NCBI GenBank assembly: GCA_048886185.1
Contig: JBHLKY010000015.1
Location: 70,298-102,297 of the forward strand
Direction: 5' to 3'
Length of the DNA: 32,000 bases
Source of the DNA: Candidatus Hermodarchaeota archaeon
Lineage (GTDB): Archaea > Asgardarchaeota > Heimdallarchaeia > Hodarchaeales > Hodarchaeaceae
The position numbers and the translations under genes are program-made. The notes beneath the pieces are model-generated. The model had not been told where the DNA came from, did not search any database, and was given only the letters and a program-made list of their open reading frames with translations. Each line of letters opens with the position of its first letter. Positions within the stretch are counted from its first letter, which is position 1. Shown one piece after another: positions 17,601 to 29,600 of the stretch.

Positions 17601-20600
17601 CCATTGTACTTGTGGCCCAATTGTCGGTCGAATACTTAATCCAGACAGTATCCACACCACTAGCATCTCCTGGTTCAGATACAGTGATAGAAGCAATAAC
17701 GGTACCGTTATATTCAGGGGAAGTGGTGGTTTGAGCAGCTGGAGTGATTAAATCAGGAATATAAGAGTCGATGACTGAGAAGGAGTGTTCCTCACTCGAA
17801 GCGGTGTTTCCTGCGGTGTCGTTGTAAAGAATAACCCATTGATAGACTTGGTTATAGAATAATAATGAGTCTGTAAAGACAAATGTTTGCGTTTCTGTAA
17901 TATTGACCGTTGTACTTGTGGCCCAATTGTCGGTCGAATAATTAATCCAGACAGTATCCACGCCACTTGCATCTCCAGGTTCAGACACAATGATGGATGC
18001 AATAACGGAGCCGTTATATTCAGGAGTAATGGTGGTTTGAGCAGCAGAAGTGATTAAATCTGGACTATAGGAGTCAATGACTGAGAAGGAGAATTCCTCA
18101 CTCGAATCGTTATTTCCTGCATTATCGATAAATACAATCTTCCATCGATACATTTCACCATATGATAAAATTTCATTTGAAAAAGTGTATGATTGAGTTG
18201 AGGTAATATTTTCAATCATAAAGGTTTCCCAGTTGTCTGTGGTATAGTTAATCCACACAGTATTCACACCACTTGCATCTAGTGGTTCTGTAACAAGGAT
18301 TGATGCAGTCACTGAACCATTAAATTCGGGAGTAGATGTTGTTTGACTAGCAGCATCTTCAACATTAGGTAGATAAGAATCAATAACAGTAAAGGATTCA
18401 ATCGTTGTTTGATCACTATTTCCAGCTGTATCATTAAATTTAAAGTACCACATATATTTTTGACCAAAAGTTAGCATATCTGGGGTGAAAGTAAAGTTAC
18501 TTGTACTAGTAACATCTATCTCTACCCAAGAACCAGTATTTACACGATAGCATAGCAAGATTGTGTCTACGCCACTGGCATTTCCAGGATCACTAACCAT
18601 AACGGAAACTGTGTTTGATCCGTTATATTCAGGAGTGGAACTAGTCTGAGTCAGATTAGTGTACTCCATGGAAGTATTATCAGTAACAGTGAACGTTAAG
18701 ATTTCTGTCTCATCATTATTTCCTTCTGTATCATTAAACCAGAAACGCCAATCATAAATATCGCCATAATTGAGTATGGCTTCCGTAAAAGTAAAATTAC
18801 TTGTCGATGTGACATCTATCTCGATCCACATACCACTATTAATCCGATATTTTAGTATAATTGTGTCCACTCCACTTGCATCTATTGGTTCAAATACATT
18901 CACAGATACAGTATTCGATCCATTATATTCGGGAGTTTCTGTAGTTTGTTCTAACATAGAATAAATAGGGGCAGTATAATCATCAACATAAAATGAATAA
19001 TTCGTTGTTTCGGCACTGTTTCCTTCTGTATCATTAAACCAGAATCGCCAATCATAAATATCGCCATAATTGAGCATTTCTTCAGTAAAAATGAAGTAGC
19101 TTGTTAAAGTGACATCAACTTCTGTCCATGACTCACTATTAAGACTATAAAATAATAAAACAGTATCCACTCCTGCAGCATCTGAAGGTTCATTCACAAC
19201 TATAGAAATAGTATTGGATCCATCATATTCAGGAGAAGCAGTCGTTTGTTGAGCAATTTCCTCGATATCAGGTGCATAGGAATCAATCACTGTGAATAAG
19301 AATGCTTCACTAAAGGCTTTATTACCTGCAGTATCATTGTAACCAATAATCCAGTTATATGTTTGGTCAAACTTTAACATCTCCGCAGTAAAAATGAAAG
19401 TTTGGGTTGAAGTTATATTTACAACTGTAAAAGTAACCCAATTATCAAGTGTATAGTTAATCCATATAGAATCTATCCCACTAGCATTCCCTGGTTCTAT
19501 AACAGTAATAGAAGTAGTTACTGTACTATTGAATTCAGGAGTAGCAGTAGATTGAATTGCTGAACTAATTACATCAGGGGCATAGGAATCGATTACTTCA
19601 AAAGATAATTCTTTACTAAAAGCAGTATTCCCTGCAGAGTCGTTATAACCTATTACCCATTGATATTTTTGACCATATACTAATATAGCTTCATTAAATA
19701 TGAAATCTTGAGTAAGAGATATATCAACTAACATGTAATTTAACCAATCATCTATTGTATAATTAATCCAGACAGTATCCACACCACTAGCGTCTCCAGG
19801 TTCAACTACTTGAATTGAGGCAATTACAGAGTTATTAAATTCAGGTCTTGAAGTATTTTGATTGGCTCTAATTAACACATCAGGAACATAAGTGTCTATC
19901 ACAACAAAAGTAAACTCACTACTTGAACCTGTATTGCCAATGGTATCATTGTAGCTTATTACCCAGGAATAAATTTGGGGGTATTCTAACATCTCTTCAG
20001 CAAATGTGAACCTTTGAGTTGAGGTAATATTCACAATCGTGAAATTAATCCAATTATTAATGGTATAATTAATCCAAATGGTGTTTATTCCACAGGCATC
20101 TTCAGGTTCAGTTACCTGAATAGAAGCTGTAACAGTATCATTAAATTCTGGTGTTGAAGTAGTTTGAGATGCCTCAACTATCACATCAGGCGCATAAGAG
20201 TCGATAACTATGAAAGAAAGTTCCTCGCTATAAGCTATATTTCCTGCAAAATCGGTATAACGCATTATCCACTGATATTTTTGATTAAAACGTAACATGT
20301 TTGAAGTAAAGATGAAAATCTGCAATGTAGTAATTTCAGCAACAGTGTAGCTAGACCAATTATCAGTAGTATAGTGGATCCAAAGCCTTTTAAAGCCACT
20401 CGCATCCACCGGTTCATTTACATTAATTGAGGCTATCACACTAGCATTATATTGAGGATTGAAAGTTGTTTGACTAGCGGGGATTATCACATCAGGTGCA
20501 AATGAATCAACCACTGTAAAAGAGAGTTCCTCACTATATCCGATATTGCCTAAACTATCGTTATATCCAATTATCCACCGATAAATCTGATTATATTCTA

Positions 20601-23600
20601 GCATTGCAGCTGTGAAAATGAATGATTGGGTCTGATTAATATTCACAACAACAAAATTATTCCAATCATCTATTGTATAATTTATCCAAACTGTATCCAT
20701 CCCACTAGCATCAGAAGGTTCAGTTACTTGAATAGTTGCCTCTACAGTCCCATTATACTCTGGAGTAGAATCAGTTTGTGATGCCTTCACTATTACATCA
20801 GGTGCATAGGTGTCAATAACTGTAAAGGAAAACTTATTAGAATACCCCATATTACCTACAGTATCGTTATAGCCAATATACCATCGATAGGTTTGATTAT
20901 ATTTAAGTATAGCTTCAGTAAATATGAAAGACTGGGTTGTGGTTATATCCACAATTATAAAGGTTAACCAGTCGTTTATGGTGTAATTTATCCATACGGT
21001 ATCTATACCACTAGCATTAATAGGCTCATAAACTTGAATAGATGCCTCTACAGTCCCATTATACTCTGGATTAGAATCAGTTTGTGATGCATCAATTATT
21101 ACATCAGGCGCATAAGTATCAATTACTGTAAAGGAAAGCTCATTAGAATACCCCGTATTACCTGCAGTATCGTTGTAGCCAATATACCATCTATAAATTT
21201 GACTGTATTTAAGCATTGTTTCAGTGAAAGTGAAAGATTGAGTAAGGGTAATATTCTTCACTATATATGATACCCAATTATCTAATGTATAATTAATCCA
21301 AATAAAATCTAAACCTGCTGCATCCCCTGGTTCTGTTACTGTAATGGAAGTGGTCACAGTTTCATTAAATTCAGGAATAAATGTGGATTGAGTGATAGGC
21401 ACTTCAACATCAGGAATAAAACTATCAATAACATAAAAGAGAAATTCATCACTGAAACCAGTATTACCTACTGTATCATTGTACCCTAATATCCATTGAT
21501 AGGTTTCTCCATATTCTATCATGTCTTCGGTAAATGTAAACATTTCTGTTAAGGTAATATCTATTATTATAAAGGAATCCCAAGAGTCTGTTGTGTAATT
21601 AATCCAAATAGTATCCACACCACTGGCATCAGAAGATTCACTTACATCTATTGATACAACAACACTGCTATTAAATTCAGGATAAGCTGTTGATTGAGAT
21701 GCCACAGAAATCACATCTGGAATGTAAGAGTCCTGAACTGTAAAGAAAAATTCATCACTGTACCCCATATTCCCCAATGAGTCATTATAACTGATTACCC
21801 AATAATAATTCTGATTATATTCGAGCATAGCGTCTGTAAATATGAATGCCTGTGTTTCTGTGATGTCAAAGACTGTGAAATCTTCCCAATTATTCAATGT
21901 ATAATTGATCCATACAGTATCTAATCCTGCAGCATCTGCAGGTTCAAACACGTTGATAGAGGCGATAACTGTGTCGTTATACTCAGGAGAAGAAGTTGAT
22001 TGAGATGCTTTCATTGTAACATCTGGTTCGTATGAATCTCCGACAATAAACAGGAATTCACTACTTGATTTCATATTATTCATTGTATCATTAAACCATA
22101 TTTGCCATAAGTAAGTCTGATCAAATTCCAACATAGATTCGGTGAAGATAAATGTTTGAGACAGTGATATATCTTCAATGGTAAAGGAGTTCCAAAAGTC
22201 CATCGTATATTTAATCCAAACGGAATCTAATCCTGCTGCATCATCTGGTTCGCTTATGGTTACTGATACATGTACAGTTCCATTATATTCTGGATTTGAA
22301 GTAGTTTGAGTTGGTGCGATTATTATATCAGGTGCATATGAGTCAATTACCGTAAAAGAAAATTGCTGACTGTAACCTGTATTTCCGATACTGTCATTAT
22401 AACCAATCATCCATAAATAGACTTGATTAAATTCTAACATTGTATCGTTAAAGGTAAAATCCTGTGTTGGAGTAATATTAACAACTGTATAAGACTGCCA
22501 GTTATTCTTTGTATAATTCATCCAAACTGTATCTAATCTTGCAGCATCATCTGGTTCACTTATGGTTACTGATACATGTACAGTTCCATTGTATTCAGGG
22601 TTTGTAGTACTTTGAGTTGGTCCAGTTATTATATCAGGAGCATAAGAATCAATAACTATGAAAGATAATTCTGAACTATCCTCTGTATTGCCTTCAAGAT
22701 CGCTATATCTAATAAACCATTGACAAAATTGATTATATTCTAGCATTCCTTCAGTAAAGGTGAAAGATTGTGTTGATGTAATATCAGCTACTGTATAAGA
22801 ATACCAATTTTGAAAAGTATAATAGATCCATATTCTGTCTAATCCACTTGCATCAGAAGGTTCTGATACTTGAATGGAGGCTATGACGGTACTATTATAT
22901 TCTGGTGTGTTCGTGGATTGAGTCGAGGCAGTAATAACATCAGGAGCATGAGAATCAATAACTATAAATGAGTACTCTAGGCTTTCTTCACTATTTCCTG
23001 CACTATCATTGTAACTTATTTTCCATCGATAGGTTTGTCCAAACTCTAGCATTAATTCAGTAAAAGTGAATGATTGTGTTTGGGTGATATTCAAAAATAT
23101 AAAATTAATCCAATCGTCTGTTGTATAGTTAATCCACACAGTATCCAATCCACTGGCATCAGAAGGTTCACTCACTTGAATAGAGGCCTCTACAGTCCCA
23201 TTATACTCAGGAGTGGAATCAGTTTGTGATGCTTCAGTTATTACATCAGGGACATAAGTATCAATAACTGTAAAGGAAAACTCATTAGAATACCCCGTAT
23301 TACCTGCAGTATCGTTAAAGCCGATCCTCCACTGATATATCTGGTTATATTTGAGCATACCTTCAGTGAAAGTAAAACTTTGCGTTCCACTTATATCAAC
23401 GACAGTAAAGCTATTCCAATTGGTTATCGTATAATTGATCCATACAAGATCCAAACCACTAGCATTAAAAGGCTCCTCTACAGAGATTAATGCACTTAAC
23501 GTATCGTTAAACTCAGGATATGATGTTGTTTGGAAAGCATCTTCAACAATATCAGGTTGATAAGAATCAATTACAGTAAAAGATTCAACTGTTGTTTGAT

Positions 23601-26600
23601 CTATATTTCCTGCTGTATCATTAAAGGTGAAATACCACTCATATACCTGATTGTAGCTAAGCATTCCAGGAGTGAAAGTGAAATTACTGGTAAGTGTGAC
23701 GTCCACCTCTATCCAGGGCCCATTATTAACATTATAATACAGCAAGATTGTGTCTACTTCACTAACATTATCAGGATCACTAATTACAACTGAAACAGTA
23801 TTTGAACCATTATATTCAGGAGTTGCACTTGTTTGAGATAAATCAGAGTATTCTAAAGCAGTTTTATCAACAACAGTGAAAGAAAGAATTGATGTTTCTG
23901 CACTATTTCCTGCAGTATCGTTGAAAACGAAGAACCAATCATATATCTGACCGTAGTTAAGCATATCTTCAGTGAAGGTGAAATTACTTGTAGTTGTAAC
24001 ATCTTCCTCTATCCAATTCCCACCATCAATTCGATATTTTAACAGTATAGTGTCTATACCACTCGCATCTGTAGGCTCACTCACTGTTATGGAAACAGTG
24101 TTATTTTCATCATATTCAGGAGTAGCTGTTGTTTGTTCGGCATCCTTTATAACATCAGGGGCAAAATTATCAATTACTATAAAAACAAACTCATCTGTAA
24201 ATGCTAAATTACCTGCAGTATCGTTATAGCTGATTCTCCATTTATATGTTTGATCATATTCTAACATGGCTTCAGTAAAGGTAAATCTTTGCGTTTCAGT
24301 AATGTTAACAACTGTATAAGACTGCCAATTATCCAAAGTGTAAATAATCCAGACTGTATCCATTCCACTGGCATTTATAGGTTCCGATACATGAATAGAC
24401 GCCTCCACAGTATCGTTGAACTGTGGATTAGAAGTAGTCTGACTAGCATGGGTAGTAACATCAGGTGCAAAGGTATCAATCACAGTAAAAGCGAATTCCT
24501 CACTAAAAGCAGTATTACCCACAGTATCGTTGTAACCAATCCTCCACTGATATATCTGGTCATATTTGAGCATCATTTCAGTAAAAGTAAAGCTTTGCGT
24601 TTGGCTGATATTAACTACTGTATAGGACTGCCAATTGTTTAAGGTGTAATTAATCCAGATTACATCCACTCCGCTAGCATCTGTAGGCTCATTAACTTGT
24701 ATTGAGACCTCAACAGTATCATTGTACTGTGGAGTGGAAGTAGTTTGACTAGCATGGATAGTAACATCAGGTGCAAAGGTATCAATCACAGTAAAAGCGA
24801 ACTCCTTACTAAAAGCAGTATTACCCACAGTATCGTTGTAACCGATCCTCCACTGATATATCTGGTCAAATTCCAACATGATTTCTGTAAAGGTAAAGCT
24901 TTGTGTTTCAGTAATGTTAATCACTGTGTAAGATAACCAATTATCTAAAGTGTAGTTCATCCAGATAGTATCTACCCCACTGGCATCAGAAGCCTCTGCT
25001 ACTTGAATTGACGCTGTTGTTGTCCCATTAAATTCAGGTGTGGAAGTGGTTTGACTTGCTTCAACGATGACATCAGGGGCAAATTCATCTATAACAGTAA
25101 AGAAAAACTCGCTACTATAAGCCGTGTTACTTTGAGAATCATTATAACCTATTATCCAGCGACAAATTTGGTTGTACTTTAGAAATTCTTCGGTAAAGAA
25201 AAATACTTGTGTTGTTGTAATGTTTACAACCATAAAAGTTTGCCAGTTGTCTAATGTATGATTTATCCAGACCGTATCTATCCCACTGGCATCAATGGGT
25301 TCATCTACCTGAATGGACACCGCAACAGTATCATTGAAATTAGGTGTTGAAGTGGTTTGGGATGCTGTACTTATCACATCAGGTGAATAACTATCAATAA
25401 CTGTGAAAGAGAGCTCTTGACTATCTTTTGTATTCCCTTCAAAGTCTCTAAATCTAATAAACCATTGATACAATTCTCCAAACTTTAAGATTTCCCCAGT
25501 AAAGGTAAAGGTCTGTGTTGGAGTAATATCAGTTACAATATACGTGTCCCAATTATTAATAGTATAATAAATCCACACCTTATATAATCCACTAGCGTCA
25601 TTTGGCTCAAATACTTGGATAGATACTCCTACTGTTCCATTATATTCAGGAGTTGAAGTAGTTTGAGCGGGAGTAGTAATCACATCAGGCGCATAAGAGT
25701 CAATTACTGTAAAAGAAAATTCATTTGTATATCCTGAATTCCCAATACTATCATTAAATCCTATTTTCCAATAATAGATCTGACCAAACACTAACATTTC
25801 AGGAGTAAAAATGAAGGTTTGTGTTATAGTAATATTCTCCTCTATAGTGGTTACCCAATTATCATTTGTATAACTAATCCACACGGTATCCACACCACTG
25901 GCGTCTATGGGTTCACTCACAAGGATAGATGCAACAACAGTGCCATTATATTCAGGTGTGGATGTGGATTGGTTTGCTTTAACAGTAATATCAGGTGCAA
26001 ACGAATCAACGACTGTAAAAGTGAATTTATTACTTGAAGCAGTATTTCCCTCTGTATCATTAAAATTAATTATCCATTCATAGGTTTGGGGATATTCTAG
26101 CATTTCTGGAGTAAAAGTGAATCTTTGCAATGAAGTTATATCCACTACAGTAGAGCTAAACCAATTATTTGTAGTATAATTGATGTATATTATATCCAAT
26201 CCACTGGCATCAGTGGGTTCATCCACTTGAATAGACACTTCTACTGTTCCATTATATTCAGGAGTTGAAGTAGTTTGAGCGGGAGCAGTAATCACATCAG
26301 GCGCATAAGAGTCAATTACTATAAAAGAAAATTCATTTGTATATCCTGAATTCCCAATACTATCATTAAATCCTATTTTCCAATAATAGATCTGACCAAA
26401 CACTAACATTTCAGGAGTAAAAATGAAGGTTTGTGTTATAGTAATATTCTCCTCTATAGTGGTTACCCAATTATCATTTGTATAACTAATCCACACGGTA
26501 TCCACGCCACTGGCGTCTATAGGTTCACTCACAAGGATAGAGGTAACAACAGTACTATTATATTCAGGGGTGGATGTAGTTTGACTAGCGGTGACTTCAA

Positions 26601-29600
26601 TATCAGGAGCAAAACTATCAATAACAATGAATGACAATTCCTTACTAAAAGCGATATTCCCTTCAGTATCATTGAATCCAATCTTCCAAAGATAAACCTG
26701 GCCATATTGAAGCATCTCTGGAGGAAATGTGAAAGACTGGGTTGAGCTTATATCCTCTGTGGTGAATGAAAGCCAATCGTTTGTTGAATAGTTAATCCAA
26801 ACTTTATCCATCCCACTAGCATCAATTGGCTCTATTACATTTATTGAAGCTACAGTACTTCCATTAAATTCAGGTGTTGAAGAAGTTTGACTTTCTCCAA
26901 TTTCAACATCAGGAGCATAAGAATCAATCACTATAAAGGATAGTTCTGAACTATATTTAGTATTTCCTTCATTATCACGATATCCTATCACCCATTCATA
27001 AGTTTGTCCAAAGTTTAACATGGACGAGGTGAATGTGAAACTCTGGGTCTGTGTTATGTTTACTACAATAGTGCTATCCCAATTGTCTGTTGTGTATTCT
27101 ATCCAAACTTTATCCAAACCACTAGCATCTTCTGGTTCTTCTACTTGAATAAACACATAAACTGTATCATTATATTCAGGAGTAGAGGAATTCTGAGATG
27201 CATAAGTTAGAACATCTGGAGCATAAGAGTCCACAACTGTAAAAGTAAATTCCATACTATAAGCTATATTTCCAATGGTATCATTATAGCCTATTTTCCA
27301 CTGGTAAGTCTGGTCATATTCCAATAATCCTTCTGTAAATATATAGGATTGTGTTTCTGTTATATTTTTCACTATATAGGTAACCCAGTTATCCGTAGTA
27401 TAATTTATCCAGACTGTGTCTAGTCCCGCAGCATCAGAAGGTTCGCTTACTTGAATCGAGGTCGTTACTGTGCCATTATATTCAGGATTTGATGTGTTTT
27501 GACTTGCTGTTATTTCAACTTCTGGTGCATAAGGATCCACTACTGTAAAAACAAATTCTTCACTTAGCGCGGTGTTACCTAATGTATCATTATAACCAAT
27601 TAGCCAATTGTATGTCTGACCATATTCTAACATTCCCCCAATAAAAGTGAATGATTGTGTTGAGGTGATACTCACTACTGAAAAAGTCGTCCAATTGTCA
27701 GTGGTGTAATTAATCCACACGGTGGCTAATCCAGCAGCATCCAAAGGTTCACTAACACCAATAGAAGCAATCACTGTATCATTGTATGAGGGAAAATTAT
27801 TTGTTTGAGCTGCTGGTTCATCTACATCCGGTACATATGAGTCAATAACTGTGAAAGCATGTTCCTCGCAGTACTTAATATTCCCTTCAAGATCACTAAA
27901 ACCAATTTTCCATTGATATATGTCAGGATATTTCAATATCTCCTCTGTAAATGTGAATGATTGCGTTGGAGTAATATCAACTACAGTATAGCTAGCCCAA
28001 TTATTGGTAGTGTAATGGATCCAGACACTACTTAATCCGCTGGCATTTGCAGGTTCAGCTACTTGAATTGAAACTACTACTGTTCCATTATATTCTGGCG
28101 TTGCTGTTGTTTGACTAGCAGGGATAATCACATCGGGACTATATGAATCTAATACTTGGAATGAGAATTCATTACTGTATCCTGTATTCCCTGCAGTATC
28201 ATTATAACCAATTATCCAATGATATATCTGGTCATATTTTAGCATTGCAGAGACAAAAGTATATTCTTGTGTACTAGTTATATTCACAATGGTGAAAGAA
28301 TTCCAGTCATTGATTGTATAATTCAACCAAACAGTGTCTATTCCAGCAGCATTAGTGGGTTCACTTATTGTGATAGAAACTCGAACAGTTTCATTATATT
28401 CAGGAGTGGAATCTGTTTGAGTTGCAGCTTCATTAACATCAGGGGCATATGAATCAATTATTATGAATGATAGCTCCTCACTAAAATCAGTATTCCCTGC
28501 TGTATCATTATAACCAACTATCCATTGATAGATCTGGCCAAAACTTATGATTGAAGGAGTAAATGTAAATGATTGCGTTTCGGTAATATCTACCACTTTA
28601 TAGGTATCCCAATTATTTATTGTGTAATTAATCCATACAGTATCTAAACCACTCGCATCATCTGGTTCAGTTACATTAATAGAAGTCACCACAGTCTCGT
28701 TATATTCTAAGATAGACGTATTTTGGCTAGCAGCTTCTTCAACTTCAGGAACATAAGAATCAGTTACAGTAAATGATTCAAAAGTTGTCTGGTCGTTATT
28801 TCCCGCTGTATCATTAAACCAGAAGTACCATGTATACACCTGTCCATAGAAAAGAATACTTGGAGTGAAAGTGTAGTTACTCGTTTCTGTAACGTTTACT
28901 GTTATCCAGTATCCACTATTAATACGATAATACAATAGGATTGTGTCCACTCCACTAGCACCACCTGGATCAATAACGACCACTGAAACAGTATTTGAGC
29001 TATTATACTCTGGAGTTGCACTCGTCTGAGTCAAATTGGAGTATTCTAAAGCAGTTTCATCAACTACAGTGAATGAAAAAGTTGAGGTCTGTTCGTTATT
29101 TCCTGCTGTATCATTGAATAGGAAAAACCAATCATATACTTGACCATATTCAAGCATATCTTCAGTAAAAGTGAAATTACTTGTAGTTGTAACATCTACT
29201 TCTATCCAAGATCCGCTATTAATCCGATAATTTAGTAAAATCGTGTCTATACCACTCGCATCTGATGGTTCATGAATTGTTATTGTTACAGTATTATTTT
29301 CGTCGTATTCAGGGGTAGATGTTGTTTGATTAGCAGCTTTTATAATATCAGGGGCATAAGAATCTATTACATCAAAAATGAATTCTTTGCTAGAGGCACT
29401 GTTACCTAGAGTGTCATTATAACTAATTATCCAATGATAAATCTGGCCATATTCAAGTATTAGATTGGTAAAAATATAACTTTGCGTTAAATTGATATTG
29501 ACCACTGAACTAGTTACCCAATTATCTAGCGTATAATTAATCCAAACTGTATCAATCCCACTAGCATCTGGAGGTTCAGTTATTTGAATCGATGCGATTA

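Noticed and set aside
25629-26541. Diversity-generating retroelement TR/VR pair
   Set aside because: Mismatches are mixed transitions rather than adenine-restricted, and there is no reverse transcriptase in the window.
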